A stretch of DNA of 64,000 bases from NCBI RefSeq assembly GCF_044324785.1, contig NZ_CP172127.1. One strand, 5' to 3'. Within the stretch, counting starts at the first letter, position 1; each line of letters starts with the position of its first letter. A program made the translations under genes and the position numbers. The notes beneath the pieces are model-generated. The model was not told the origin of the DNA and made no database searches. It saw only the letters and a list, made by a program, of their open reading frames with translations. This document shows positions 8,881-21,318 of this stretch, in pieces. Source of the DNA: Escherichia coli (lineage in GTDB: Bacteria > Pseudomonadota > Gammaproteobacteria > Enterobacterales > Enterobacteriaceae).

Positions 8881-9969
8881 TTACACCATCGGCACTAATG
8901 AAAGCGCGTTTTCGGCAGACAGGGTAGGGTTGTTTAAGCTGCCGCTGGCGCGTGAAATTGCCGCGCAGGCCATCGCAAAACGGGCGCTGTCACGGAAATT
9001 GTTTCCCTCCAGAAAGCTATATACCAGGCCCGCCATAAAACCATCGTCAGCACCAAAACTGTCTACTGTCGTATGCGCTGGCGCTGTCAGCAAAAATTGT
9101 TCTCCATCCTTTTCGCTGCAATAAACTGACTCATCGGGCAAATAAACAAACAGTTGCTGAACACCTTGCTGATGCAACGTATTCACTGCGGCATTACGGT
9201 CAGCATCGCTGGTGATCGCCTGTCCCCATAAAATTTCCAGCTCCGGTAAAGTGGGTTTCAGGGTGTGAATATGCGCCAGCCAGTGTTTGATTTTGCCCGC
9301 TTTGAATTCTGAAACGGTATCGACAAACACCGGGATTTCATCAGCGAGGGTAAAGACCCACTCCAGCGCCTCGGCTGTCAGGTTGCAATCAGCAAGTACC
9401 ACGCCCGCATGACGAAGTAAATCGCGCGACCCGTTCAGTAGTTGCGGTGTCAACTGATCCAGCAGATGGGTATCGTTAATCGCCAGCACGGTTTGATCGT
9501 CTCGATTGGCAATTGCCAGATACGTCGATGTGCTTTGACCATGTAAACGAACGCAGCCGGAGACATTCACGCCGGCGCGGCGCGTTTCTTCCAGGAGCAT
9601 TTCGCCATAAAAGTCATCGCCAATCACTGAAAGCAAATGGACGTCGCGGCCTAACAGCGCCAAATTGTGGGCGATATTGCGCCCCACGCCGCCCGCCGAG
9701 CAATGAATTGTACCGGGATGAGAAGCCGCTTGCGGGTAACGGATATCCGCCATCCCGCGAATATCCATATTGATTGTCCCCACCACTACGCAGTATTCCT
9801 GCTCGGTGAGAATGTAACCTTTGCCTTTAATTCGACCTTTGCGCATTAAATCCATAATATGCGCCGCAACGCGCGAACGGCTGATTTGCAGCATATCAGC
9901 AATTTCGTTCTGCTGAATCAGCGGGTTACGCCGTAAAATTGCAAGGATCTCCTTCTCCCGGTTGTTCAT
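8881..9969 (-). CDS. yeiI: HTH-domain fused to PfkB-family (PsuK-like) sugar/nucleoside kinase
   Basis: 362 aa; N-terminal winged-helix segment (EILAILRRNPLIQQNEIADMLQISRSRVAAHI) then kinase domain with GGVGRNIAHNLA motif. Confidence 0.85.
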   Translation of the reverse strand: MNNREKEILAILRRNPLIQQNEIADMLQISRSRVAAHIMDLMRKGRIKGKGYILTEQEYCVVVGTINMDIRGMADIRYPQAASHPGTIHCSAGGVGRNIAHNLALLGRDVHLLSVIGDDFYGEMLLEETRRAGVNVSGCVRLHGQSTSTYLAIANRDDQTVLAINDTHLLDQLTPQLLNGSRDLLRHAGVVLADCNLTAEALEWVFTLADEIPVFVDTVSEFKAGKIKHWLAHIHTLKPTLPELEILWGQAITSDADRNAAVNTLHQQGVQQLFVYLPDESVYCSEKDGEQFLLTAPAHTTVDSFGADDGFMAGLVYSFLEGNNFRDSARFAMACAAISRASGSLNNPTLSAENALSLVPMV

Positions 9970-9971
9970 CT

Positions 9972-10829
9972 TCAGGCTACCGCTTTTTCAGTTTGTTGCG
10001 CTTTCAGCCAGGCGATCTCTTCTGCCCAGATATCCGGGTTGATGGTTTCAAGGATCAGCGGAATGCCGTCGAAACGGTCGTCCTGCATGATCCAGCGGAA
10101 CGCATCATGACCGATATTGCCTTCACCGAGGCTATGATGGCGGTCAACGCGGCTGCCAAAGGTGCTTTTCGCATCGTTAAGGTGCATCCCGCGCAGATAC
10201 TTAAAGCCGACAATACGGGCAAAATCAGCGAACGTTTTCTCGCATTCGGCTGGAGTACGCAAATCATACCCGGCAGCAAAAGCATGGCAGGTATCAATGC
10301 AGACGCCGACGCGGGATTTATCTTCCACGCCGTCGATAATCGCCGCGAGATGTTCGAATTTAAACCCTAAGTTACTGCCCTGACCGGCGGTGTTTTCAAT
10401 CACCGCTGTTACACCTTGAGTTTTATCCAGCGCAATGTTGATGGATTCAGCAATACGCGCAAGGCAATCCTCTTCTGAAATCTGCATCAGATGGCTGCCA
10501 GGGTGGAAGTTGAGCAAAGAAAGCCCCAGCTGTTCGCAACGCTGCATTTCATCTATAAACGCATCGCGCGATTTTTCCAGAGCTTCAGCGACCGGATGTC
10601 CGAGGTTAATCAGATAACTGTCGTGGGGAAGAATTTGCGCCGATGTGTAGTGATATTTTTCACAGGCGGCTTTGAATTCATCGATGGTTTGCGTCGTGAG
10701 CGGTGCGGCACGCCACTGACGTTGGTTTTTGGTGAACAAGGCAAACGCGGTTGCGTCGATTTCGGCGGCGCGAATTGCGGCATTTGCCAGACCGCCAGCA
10801 GCACTAACGTGCGCTCCAATGTATTTCAT
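9972..10829 (-). CDS. nfo: Endonuclease IV (AP endonuclease)
   Basis: 285 aa, length and neighbourhood as K-12 Nfo; TIM-barrel AP endonuclease family. Confidence 0.92.
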   Translation of the reverse strand: MKYIGAHVSAAGGLANAAIRAAEIDATAFALFTKNQRQWRAAPLTTQTIDEFKAACEKYHYTSAQILPHDSYLINLGHPVAEALEKSRDAFIDEMQRCEQLGLSLLNFHPGSHLMQISEEDCLARIAESINIALDKTQGVTAVIENTAGQGSNLGFKFEHLAAIIDGVEDKSRVGVCIDTCHAFAAGYDLRTPAECEKTFADFARIVGFKYLRGMHLNDAKSTFGSRVDRHHSLGEGNIGHDAFRWIMQDDRFDGIPLILETINPDIWAEEIAWLKAQQTEKAVA

Positions 10830-10902
10830 GCGAGGACTCCTGTTAAACCCGCTGGAGGAAAACGGTAATGATAGCGGGTTAACAGGAGCAAGATGTAGTG
10901 GT

Positions 10903-11952
10903 TTATGCGATGACGCTTTGAATCACATAGTTAATCGCACCACCACCAACAATCAGCCAGGCAAACAGTACCAGTGCCATCAGCAGAGGTTTCGCCCCGG
11001 CTTTTTTCAGCGCGCTGACGTGAGTGGTCAGACCCAGCGCCGCCATCGCCATTGCCAGCAGGAAGGTATCCAGCGTTACCAGCATGTTCACCACGCTCTG
11101 CGGTAACAGGTGGAACGAGTTAAAGATGGCAACTACGATGAACAAGATGGCAAACCACGGAATAGTGATTTTGCTTTTCTCGCCGCTGTTCGCCCCAGAC
11201 AGCTGTTTAACACGCGCCGCCAGCAGGATGAGGAACGGAGCCAGCATCATCACGCGCAGCATTTTGGAAATAACTGCTGCGTTTTCCGCATCCGGGCTGA
11301 TGGCATGACCTGCCGCCACCACCTGCGCCACTTCGTGCACAGTAGAACCAATGTAGATACCGAAAGTTTCCGGACTAAACCATTGAGACATCAGCGGATA
11401 TATCGCCGGGTAGAGGAAAATCGCCACGGTCCCGAAGATAACAACGGTTGCAACAGCCACGGTTACTTTACTGGCTTCCGCTTTCACTACCGGCTCAGTC
11501 GCCAGTACCGCGGCAGCACCACAGATACTGCTACCGGCACCGATCAACCAGCTGGTGTGCTTATCCAGACCAAACACTTTCTGCCCCAGGAAGCAAGCCA
11601 GCAGGAAGGTACTGGACAGCGTCAACACGTCAATAATGATCCCACTGATACCGACATCGGCAATTTGCGAGAACGTCAGACGGAAGCCATAAAGAATGAT
11701 ACCCAGACGTAATAAATATTGCTTGGCAAACAGCACACCACCGTCACAGCTTTTCCAGATGTGCGGATAGATGGTGTTGCCTAAAACCATCCCCAACAAA
11801 ATTGCGAGGGTGAGGGCACTAAACCCGGCACCCGCAACCGCGGGAATGGAACCACCCCACAGGGCGACCCCGGTGATAACTGCACTCAGGGCTAACCCCG
11901 GAATAAAATGCCACAGTGTACGATGTTGTTTCTGTAAGGTGATATTCGTCAT
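10903..11952 (-). CDS. yeiH: UPF0324-family inner membrane protein
   Basis: 349 aa polytopic hydrophobic protein divergent from LysR regulator yeiE. Confidence 0.85.
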   Translation of the reverse strand: MTNITLQKQHRTLWHFIPGLALSAVITGVALWGGSIPAVAGAGFSALTLAILLGMVLGNTIYPHIWKSCDGGVLFAKQYLLRLGIILYGFRLTFSQIADVGISGIIIDVLTLSSTFLLACFLGQKVFGLDKHTSWLIGAGSSICGAAAVLATEPVVKAEASKVTVAVATVVIFGTVAIFLYPAIYPLMSQWFSPETFGIYIGSTVHEVAQVVAAGHAISPDAENAAVISKMLRVMMLAPFLILLAARVKQLSGANSGEKSKITIPWFAILFIVVAIFNSFHLLPQSVVNMLVTLDTFLLAMAMAALGLTTHVSALKKAGAKPLLMALVLFAWLIVGGGAINYVIQSVIA

Positions 11953-12018
11953 AACCCTCTCCTTTAACCGGGCATAAGGTTACGACTAACTGGTTTAAAA
12001 ATAAAATTGATTATATAT

Positions 12019-12037
12019 TTATAATTAATCTTTATAA
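12019..12037. promoter_or_regulatory. LysR-type box TTATAA-N7-TTATAA in the yeiH/yeiE divergent region
   Basis: Inverted repeat fitting the T-N11-A LysR pattern, 14 bp upstream of the yeiE start. Confidence 0.4.
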
Positions 12038-12050
12038 GTGGTAAGCGACT

Positions 12051-12932
12051 ATGCACATCACCCTCCGGCAGTTGGAAGTTTTTGCAGAAGTATTGAAAAG
12101 TGGATCAACCACCCAGGCGTCGGTGATGCTGGCGTTGTCGCAATCAGCAGTGAGCGCAGCCTTGACCGACCTGGAAGGGCAGCTTGGCGTGCAACTGTTT
12201 GATCGCGTGGGGAAAAGACTGGTTGTTAATGAACACGGGCGGCTGCTCTATCCGCGCGCGTTGGCACTGCTTGAACAGGCGGTTGAAATCGAACAACTGT
12301 TTCGCGAAGACAACGGCGCGATTCGTATCTATGCCAGTAGTACTATCGGTAACTACATTCTGCCTGCAGTCATTGCCCGTTATCGCCATGATTATCCGCA
12401 GTTGCCGATTGAACTTAGCGTTGGGAACAGCCAGGACGTGATGCAAGCGGTGCTGGATTTCCGCGTTGATATTGGCTTTATTGAAGGACCGTGCCACAGC
12501 ACTGAAATCATTTCTGAACCGTGGCTGGAAGACGAGCTGGTGGTTTTCGCCGCGCCGACTTCGCCATTGGCTCGTGGTCCGGTCACCTTAGAACAGCTGG
12601 CCGCTGCGCCGTGGATCCTTCGTGAACGCGGCTCCGGCACGCGGGAGATTGTCGATTATCTGTTGCTGTCACATTTACCGAAGTTTGAGATGGCGATGGA
12701 ATTAGGTAACTCCGAGGCAATCAAACATGCGGTGCGTCATGGGTTGGGAATTAGTTGCCTGTCGCGACGGGTGATTGAAGATCAATTGCAGGCAGGCACA
12801 TTAAGTGAAGTTGCGGTCCCTCTGCCGCGCCTGATGCGTACGTTGTGGCGTATACATCATCGGCAAAAACACCTTTCCAACGCGCTACGGCGCTTTCTGG
12901 ACTATTGCGATCCCGCGAATGTACCGCGTTAA
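12051..12932 (+). CDS. yeiE: LysR-family transcriptional regulator
   Basis: 293 aa; N-terminal HTH ([24 protein letters not shown]) plus LysR substrate-binding domain. Confidence 0.9.
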
Positions 12933-13136
12933 GTTGCTGTACAAGAACATGCTGGTGCTGTGTCGATTTCGTGACGCAGCGCCCTCAGCATGCATTCGCC
13001 AGAAAAGAGATTGGCTGCTTTACTTATAATCCCTGGGCGATCATGAAGGTGTCTTATAACCGTGTATTTCTGCCGGAAGGATTGCCAATCGTCTGCTACA
13101 ATCGCGCCTCATTTTTAAGATGGATAGCATTTTTGT

Positions 13137-14606
13137 ATGGTTTCCGAAACTAAAACCACAGAAGCGCCGGGCTTACGCCGTGAATTAAAGGCGCGTCACC
13201 TGACGATGATTGCCATTGGCGGTTCCATCGGTACAGGTCTTTTTGTTGCCTCTGGCGCAACGATTTCTCAGGCAGGTCCGGGCGGGGCATTGCTCTCGTA
13301 TATGTTGATTGGCCTGATGGTTTACTTCCTGATGACCAGTCTCGGTGAACTGGCTGCATATATGCCGGTTTCCGGTTCGTTTGCCACTTATGGTCAGAAC
13401 TATGTTGAAGAAGGCTTTGGCTTCGCGCTGGGCTGGAACTACTGGTACAACTGGGCGGTGACTATCGCCGTTGACCTGGTTGCAGCTCAGCTGGTCATGA
13501 GCTGGTGGTTCCCGGATACACCGGGCTGGATCTGGAGTGCGCTGTTCCTCGGCGTTATCTTCCTGCTGAACTACATCTCAGTTCGTGGCTTTGGTGAAGC
13601 GGAATACTGGTTCTCACTGATCAAAGTCACGACAGTTATTGTCTTTATCATCGTTGGCGTGCTGATGATTATCGGTATCTTCAAAGGCGCGCAGCCTGCG
13701 GGCTGGAGCAACTGGACAATCGGCGAAGCGCCGTTTGCTGGTGGTTTTGCGGCGATGATCGGCGTAGCTATGATTGTCGGCTTCTCTTTCCAGGGAACCG
13801 AGCTGATCGGTATTGCTGCAGGCGAGTCCGAAGATCCGGCGAAAAACATTCCACGCGCGGTACGTCAGGTGTTCTGGCGAATCCTGTTGTTCTATGTGTT
13901 CGCGATCCTGATTATCAGCCTGATTATTCCGTACACCGATCCGAGCCTGCTGCGTAACGATGTTAAAGACATCAGCGTCAGTCCGTTCACCCTGGTGTTC
14001 CAGCACGCGGGTCTGCTCTCTGCGGCGGCGGTGATGAACGCAGTTATTCTGACGGCGGTGCTGTCAGCGGGTAACTCCGGGATGTATGCGTCTACTCGTA
14101 TGCTGTACACCCTGGCGTGTGACGGTAAAGCGCCGCGCATTTTTGCTAAACTGTCGCGTGGTGGCGTGCCGCGTAATGCGCTGTATGCGACGACGGTGAT
14201 TGCCGGTCTGTGCTTCCTGACCTCCATGTTTGGCAACCAGACGGTATATCTGTGGCTGCTGAACACCTCCGGGATGACGGGTTTTATCGCCTGGCTGGGG
14301 ATTGCCATTAGCCACTATCGCTTCCGTCGCGGTTACGTATTGCAGGGACACGACATTAACGATCTGCCGTACCGTTCAGGTTTCTTCCCATTGGGGCCGA
14401 TCTTCGCATTCATTCTGTGTCTGATTATCACTTTGGGCCAGAACTACGAAGCGTTCCTGAAAGATACCATTGACTGGGGCGGCGTAGCGGCAACGTATAT
14501 TGGTATCCCGCTGTTCCTGATTATTTGGTTCGGCTACAAGCTGATTAAAGGAACCCACTTCGTACGCTACAGCGAAATGAAGTTCCCGCAGAACGATAAG
14601 AAATAA
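13137..14606 (+). CDS. lysP: Lysine-specific permease (APC family)
   Basis: 489 aa, 12-TM amino acid permease, length as K-12 LysP. Confidence 0.93.
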   Translation: MVSETKTTEAPGLRRELKARHLTMIAIGGSIGTGLFVASGATISQAGPGGALLSYMLIGLMVYFLMTSLGELAAYMPVSGSFATYGQNYVEEGFGFALGWNYWYNWAVTIAVDLVAAQLVMSWWFPDTPGWIWSALFLGVIFLLNYISVRGFGEAEYWFSLIKVTTVIVFIIVGVLMIIGIFKGAQPAGWSNWTIGEAPFAGGFAAMIGVAMIVGFSFQGTELIGIAAGESEDPAKNIPRAVRQVFWRILLFYVFAILIISLIIPYTDPSLLRNDVKDISVSPFTLVFQHAGLLSAAAVMNAVILTAVLSAGNSGMYASTRMLYTLACDGKAPRIFAKLSRGGVPRNALYATTVIAGLCFLTSMFGNQTVYLWLLNTSGMTGFIAWLGIAISHYRFRRGYVLQGHDINDLPYRSGFFPLGPIFAFILCLIITLGQNYEAFLKDTIDWGGVAATYIGIPLFLIIWFGYKLIKGTHFVRYSEMKFPQNDKK

Positions 14607-14625
14607 GTTTCTCCCTTCCTTGCTA

Positions 14626-14652
14626 AGCCCTCTCAACCGAGAGGGCTTTTTC
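14626..14652 (+). terminator. Rho-independent terminator of lysP (agccctctc-aacc-gagagggct then TTTTTC)
   Basis: 9-bp GC-rich stem plus U-tract 20 nt after the lysP stop. Confidence 0.75.
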
Positions 14653-14703
14653 AATTCCATTTCCCTGACAAATCATGCGGATATAAAATTTAACATTTGG
14701 ATT

Positions 14704-14728
14704 GATAATTGTTATCGTTTGCATTATC
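14704..14728. promoter_or_regulatory. Fur box(es) in the cirA promoter (gataattgttatc...gcattatc)
   Basis: Matches the GATAAT-N-ATTATC Fur consensus; cirA is a classical Fur-repressed gene. Confidence 0.6.
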
Positions 14729-14897
14729 GTTACGCCGCAATCAAAAAAGGCTGACAAATCAGAGGCTGTTCCGGCTTTCTGGGATGATCACCTGCATACA
14801 AATAAGTCCACCGCGATGCTGCCGTACGCAAGGGGACATGAAGAAGATGTGAGCGATAACCCATTTTATTTTCGTAGTTACCTCATGGAGATATGGA

Positions 14898-16889
14898 ATG
14901 TTTAGGTTGAACCCTTTCGTACGGGTCGGGCTGTGTTTGTCCGCTATTTCTTGTGCATGGCCTGTGTTAGCGGTCGATGATGATGGCGAAACGATGGTTG
15001 TCACTGCATCTTCCGTTGAGCAAAACCTTAAAGATGCACCCGCTAGTATCAGCGTCATTACCCAGGAAGACCTGCAGCGAAAACCGGTACAGAATCTGAA
15101 GGATGTCCTCAAAGAAGTGCCTGGCGTACAACTGACGAACGAAGGGGATAACCGTAAGGGCGTTAGTATTCGTGGTCTGGACAGCAGCTACACCCTGATT
15201 CTCGTCGACGGTAAACGCGTTAACTCCCGCAATGCCGTCTTCCGCCACAATGATTTCGATCTGAACTGGATCCCGGTCGATTCCATCGAACGTATTGAAG
15301 TGGTCCGTGGCCCGATGTCGTCGCTGTACGGTTCCGATGCGCTCGGCGGTGTAGTGAATATCATCACCAAAAAAATCGGTCAGAAATGGTCGGGTACCGT
15401 TACTGTCGATACCACCATTCAGGAACATCGCGATCGCGGTGATACCTATAACGGTCAGTTCTTTACCAGCGGACCATTAATTGACGGTGTGCTGGGAATG
15501 AAAGCTTACGGCAGCCTGGCAAAACGTGAAAAGGATGACCCGCAAAACTCAACGACCACCGATACCGGAGAAACGCCGCGTATTGAAGGATTCTCCAGCC
15601 GCGACGGCAATGTGGAATTTGCCTGGACACCGAATCAAAATCACGATTTTACTGCCGGATACGGTTTCGACCGTCAGGATCGTGATTCCGACTCGCTGGA
15701 CAAAAACCGCCTGGAACGCCAGAACTACTCCGTCAGCCATAATGGGCGTTGGGATTACGGCACCAGCGAACTGAAATACTACGGTGAGAAAGTCGAGAAC
15801 AAAAACCCTGGCAACAGCAGCCCGATAACTTCCGAAAGCAATACGGTCGACGGAAAATACACGTTGCCGCTGACGGCGATTAATCAGTTTCTCACGGTTG
15901 GCGGTGAATGGCGTCACGACAAACTTAGCGATGCGGTGAACCTGACCGGGGGAACCAGCTCCAAAACGTCTGCCAGCCAGTACGCGCTGTTTGTGGAAGA
16001 TGAATGGCGGATCTTCGAGCCGCTGGCGCTGACGACCGGCGTACGTATGGACGATCATGAAACCTACGGTGAACACTGGAGTCCGCGTGCCTACCTGGTT
16101 TATAACGCCACCGACACCGTAACGGTGAAAGGGGGCTGGGCGACGGCATTTAAAGCACCTTCTCTGTTGCAACTTAGCCCTGACTGGACGAGCAATTCCT
16201 GCCGTGGCGCATGTAAGATTGTGGGTAGCCCGGATCTGAAACCAGAAACCAGCGAAAGTTGGGAGCTGGGGCTTTACTACATGGGTGAAGAAGGCTGGCT
16301 GGAAGGGGTTGAATCCAGCGTGACAGTTTTCCGTAACGATGTGAAAGATCGTATCAGCATCAGCCGTACGTCTGACGTCAACGCTGCACCGGGCTACCAA
16401 AACTTTGTCGGTTTTGAGACGGGCGCTAACGGACGGCGCATACCGGTATTTAGCTACTACAACGTTAACAAAGCACGTATTCAGGGCGTGGAAACCGAAC
16501 TGAAAATTCCGTTCAACGATGAATGGAAACTGTCGATCAACTACACCTACAACGATGGTCGTGATGTCAGCAACGGCGAAAATAAACCGCTATCCGATCT
16601 GCCGTTCCATACCGCTAACGGTACGCTGGACTGGAAACCGCTGGCGCTGGAAGACTGGTCATTCTATGTTTCCGGACACTATACCGGGCAGAAACGCGCC
16701 GACAGCGCGACGGCTAAAACACCGGGCGGTTATACCATCTGGAATACCGGCGCGGCCTGGCAGGTGACTAAAGACGTCAAACTGCGCGCAGGCGTGCTGA
16801 ACCTTGGCGACAAGGATCTCAGTCGTGACGACTACAGCTATAACGAAGACGGACGTCGTTACTTTATGGCAGTGGATTATCGCTTCTGA
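14898..16889 (+). CDS. cirA: TonB-dependent catecholate siderophore / colicin I receptor
   Basis: 663 aa; signal peptide, TonB box ETMVVTAS, C-terminal ...YRF; length as K-12 CirA. Confidence 0.93.
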
Positions 16890-16920
16890 TGAGAAGATGC
16901 CCGGCGAACCGGGCGGACTT

Positions 16921-17790
<870 letters not shown>

Positions 17791-18014
17791 TCATCATACC
17801 GTTTATTCAATGTGCTGTGAGTAACTTTCACTTCCGTATTTGCATAACGATGTTTTAACATCTGCTGATGAAAGGCAGCGGCAATTACAATAATTATCGC
17901 TGTGAATACTGGATTATGTGCGCCGCCTCACGCACAATAATCAGGCTGTAAATCAGCTTAATAACTTTGCCCCCACGCAGGGCGGAGGCGTCACACCTGC
18001 AGGAGAAATCATAA

Positions 18015-18683
18015 ATGCCATCACTCAGTAAAGAAGCGGCCCTGGTTCATGAAGCGTTAGTTGCGCGAGGACTGGAAACACCGCTGCGCCCGCCCGTGCA
18101 TGAAATGGATAACGAAACGCGCAAAAGCCTTATTGCTGGTCATATGACCGAAATCATGCAGCTGCTGAATCTCGACCTGGCTGATGACAGTTTGATGGAA
18201 ACGCCGCATCGCATCGCTAAAATGTATGTCGATGAAATTTTCTCCGGTCTGGATTACGCCAACTTCCCGAAAATCACCCTCATTGAAAACAAAATGAAGG
18301 TCGATGAAATGGTCACCGTGCGCGATATCACCCTGACCAGCACCTGTGAACACCATTTTGTTACCATCGATGGCAAAGCGACGGTGGCTTATATCCCGAA
18401 AGATTCGGTGATCGGTCTGTCAAAAATTAACCGTATCGTGCAGTTCTTTGCCCAGCGTCCGCAGGTACAGGAACGTCTGACGCAGCAAATTCTCATTGCG
18501 CTACAAACGCTGCTGGGCACCAATAATGTGGCTGTCTCTATCGACGCGGTGCATTACTGCGTGAAGGCGCGTGGCATCCGCGATGCAACCAGTGCCACGA
18601 CAACGACCTCTCTTGGTGGGTTGTTCAAATCCAGTCAAAATACGCGCCATGAGTTTCTGCGCGCTGTGCGTCATCACAACTGA
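18015..18683 (+). CDS. folE: GTP cyclohydrolase I
   Basis: 222 aa, length and position as K-12 FolE. Confidence 0.92.
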
Positions 18684-18699
18684 TTAAAAGGCAGGAGCC

Positions 18700-19857
18700 A
18701 TGGAGCGCAACGTCACGCTCGATTTTGTTCGCGGCGTCGCCATTCTGGGGATCCTGCTATTAAACATCAGCGCCTTTGGGCTACCAAAGGCGGCTTATCT
18801 CAATCCCGCCTGGTACGGCGCTATTACGCCGCAGGATGCATGGACTTGGGCATTTCTCGATCTCATCGGCCAGGTGAAATTCCTCACGCTTTTTGCGCTG
18901 CTGTTTGGTGCGGGCCTGCAAATGTTGCTGCCCCGTGGCAGACGCTGGATCCAGTCGCGGTTAACGCTGTTAGTCTTGCTGGGCTTTATTCACGGTTTAT
19001 TATTCTGGGACGGCGATATTCTGCTGGCTTACGGGCTGGTGGGCTTAATCTGCTGGCGGCTGGTGCGCGATGCGCCATCGGTAAAAAGCCTGTTTAATAC
19101 CGGCGTCATGCTTTATCTGGTGGGGCTTGGCGTTTTGCTGTTATTGGGGTTGATTTCCGACAGCCAGACCAGCCGCGCCTGGACGCCGGATGCATCGGCT
19201 ATTTTGTATGAAAAATACTGGAAGCTTCACGGCGGCGTTGAAGCGATCGGTAATCGTGCCGATGGTGTTGGAAACAGTTTACTGGCACTGGGCGCACAGT
19301 ATGGCTGGCAACTGGCAGGGATGATGCTCATTGGTGCGGCGCTGATGCGCAGCGGCTGGCTGAAAGGGCAGTTCAGCTTACGTCACTATCGTCGTACTGG
19401 TTTTGTGCTGGTGGCGATTGGGGTGACCATTAACCTTCCTGCCATCGCCCTGCAATGGCGACTGGACTGGGCGTATCGTTGGTGCGCCTTCTTACTTCAG
19501 ATGCCGCGGGAACTGAGTGCGCCGTTTCAGGCGATTGGCTATGCGTCGCTGTTTTATGGCTTCTGGCCGCAATTGAGCCGCTTTAAGCTGGTGCTGGCAA
19601 TCGCCTGCGTCGGACGGATGGCACTGACCAACTATCTATTGCAAACGCTGATTTGTACCACGCTTTTTTACCACCTCGGTTTGTTTATGCTGTTTGACCG
19701 CCTGGAGCTGCTGGCGTTTGTTATTCCGGTATGGCTGGCGAATATCCTCTTCTCTGTTATCTGGCTGCGTTACTTCCGCCAGGGGCCGGTGGAATGGCTC
19801 TGGCGTCAGTTAACTTTGCGTGCTGCCGGACCGGCAATATCTAAAACATCAAGATAA
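18700..19857 (+). CDS. yeiB: DUF418-family inner membrane protein
   Basis: 385 aa polytopic membrane protein 16 nt downstream of folE. Confidence 0.85.
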   Translation: MERNVTLDFVRGVAILGILLLNISAFGLPKAAYLNPAWYGAITPQDAWTWAFLDLIGQVKFLTLFALLFGAGLQMLLPRGRRWIQSRLTLLVLLGFIHGLLFWDGDILLAYGLVGLICWRLVRDAPSVKSLFNTGVMLYLVGLGVLLLLGLISDSQTSRAWTPDASAILYEKYWKLHGGVEAIGNRADGVGNSLLALGAQYGWQLAGMMLIGAALMRSGWLKGQFSLRHYRRTGFVLVAIGVTINLPAIALQWRLDWAYRWCAFLLQMPRELSAPFQAIGYASLFYGFWPQLSRFKLVLAIACVGRMALTNYLLQTLICTTLFYHLGLFMLFDRLELLAFVIPVWLANILFSVIWLRYFRQGPVEWLWRQLTLRAAGPAISKTSR

Positions 19858-19887
19858 CGATCTGGATCACATTCGTTAACAAAACGG

Positions 19888-19903
19888 CTGTAACCGTTTC
19901 CAT
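19888..19903. promoter_or_regulatory. GalR/GalS-type operator upstream of galS (cTGTAAcCGtTTcCAt)
   Basis: 12 of 14 constrained positions of the gal operator pattern GTGnAAnCGnTTnCAC. Confidence 0.45.
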
Positions 19904-19998
19904 TGCTGTGACTCGATTCACGAAGTCCTGTATTCAGTGCTGACAAAATAGCCGCCAGCAAGCAGTCATTTACTGCAATCTCATAACAGGTAGTGAAT

Positions 19999-21039
19999 AT
20001 GATCACCATTCGTGATGTAGCGCGTCAGGCTGGCGTCTCTGTGGCAACGGTTTCCCGGGTGCTCAATAACAGCACGCTGGTCAGTGCCGACACGCGTGAA
20101 GCAGTAATGAAAGCCGTGAGTGAGCTGGATTATCGGCCAAACGCCAATGCCCAGGCGCTGGCAACTCAGGTTAGCGATACCATTGGCGTGGTGGTGATGG
20201 ACGTTTCTGATGCGTTTTTTGGTGCGCTGGTAAAAGCGGTGGATTTGGTCGCCCAGCAGCATCAGAAATACGTGCTAATAGGCAATAGCTATCATGAAGC
20301 GGAAAAAGAGCGTCACGCCATTGAGGTGTTAATTCGCCAGCGTTGTAATGCGTTGATTGTTCACTCAAAAGCATTGAGTGATGATGAACTGGCACAATTT
20401 ATGGATAACATTCCCGGTATGGTGTTAATCAACCGCGTTGTACCGGGGTACGCCCATCGTTGCGTTTGCCTGGATAATCTCAGCGGTGCCCGAATGGCAA
20501 CGCGCATGTTGCTGAATAACGGTCATCAACGTATTGGTTATCTTTCTTCCAGTCACGGCATTGAAGATGACGCCATGCGTAAAGCAGGCTGGATGAGTGC
20601 GTTGAAAGAGCAGGATATTATTCCGCCGGAAAGCTGGATTGGCACTGGTACGCCGGACATGCCGGGCGGTGAGGCGGCGATGGTTGAACTGCTGGGGCGC
20701 AATCTTCAACTTACCGCTGTATTTGCTTATAACGACAATATGGCCGCTGGCGCACTGACAGCATTAAAAGATAATGGCATTGCGATTCCGTTACATCTCT
20801 CCATCATCGGTTTCGATGATATTCCCATCGCCCGTTACACCGACCCGCAATTAACGACCGTGCGTTATCCCATTGCTTCAATGGCGAAATTAGCCACCGA
20901 ACTGGCCTTGCAGGGGGCAGCTGGCAATATTGATCCTCGTGCCAGCCACTGTTTTATGCCGACGTTAGTGCGTCGCCATTCTGTCGCAACACGCCAGAAT
21001 GCGGCGGCGATCACTAACTCAACAAATCAGGTGATGTAA
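19999..21039 (+). CDS. galS: LacI-family galactose isorepressor
   Basis: ATG at 19999 gives 346 aa ([27 protein letters not shown]); the ORF-track frame starts 2 codons upstream at GTG. Confidence 0.9.
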   Translation: MITIRDVARQAGVSVATVSRVLNNSTLVSADTREAVMKAVSELDYRPNANAQALATQVSDTIGVVVMDVSDAFFGALVKAVDLVAQQHQKYVLIGNSYHEAEKERHAIEVLIRQRCNALIVHSKALSDDELAQFMDNIPGMVLINRVVPGYAHRCVCLDNLSGARMATRMLLNNGHQRIGYLSSSHGIEDDAMRKAGWMSALKEQDIIPPESWIGTGTPDMPGGEAAMVELLGRNLQLTAVFAYNDNMAAGALTALKDNGIAIPLHLSIIGFDDIPIARYTDPQLTTVRYPIASMAKLATELALQGAAGNIDPRASHCFMPTLVRRHSVATRQNAAAITNSTNQVM

Positions 21040-21049
21040 CCGCTTTCAA
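21034..21049. promoter_or_regulatory. GalR/GalS operator of the mgl promoter (aTGTAAcCGcTTtCAa), overlapping the galS stop
   Basis: Operator-like 16-mer directly upstream of the CRP site. Confidence 0.45.
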
Positions 21050-21051
21050 TC

Positions 21052-21067
21052 TGTGAGTGATTTCACA
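21052..21067. promoter_or_regulatory. CRP binding site (TGTGA-gtgatt-TCACA) upstream of mglB
   Basis: Perfect match to both CRP consensus half-sites. Confidence 0.6.
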
Positions 21068-21318
21068 GTATCTTAACAATGTGATAGCTATGATTGCACC
21101 GTTTTAACGTTGTAACCCGTATGTAACAGTGAATAATCACTTTCACCGAGGTAATAGCGTCATAACAACAATTAAAGCCGTTTTCTGGAGCGTTACCGGG
21201 CATGGAAGAACGAATTTTAAAAAGTGAGCTTCGGCGTTCAGTAACACTTCATTAACTCTACTGCCCCGCCGAGCATTTATCTCAAGCACTACCCTGCATA
21301 AGAAAAACCGGAGATACC

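Noticed and set aside
11110-11712. 200-aa plus-strand ORF inside yeiH
   Set aside because: Antisense to the yeiH membrane protein; Arg/His-rich
15549-16400. 283-aa ORF antisense to cirA
   Set aside because: Lies within the cirA coding region on the opposite strand; Arg-rich spurious frame
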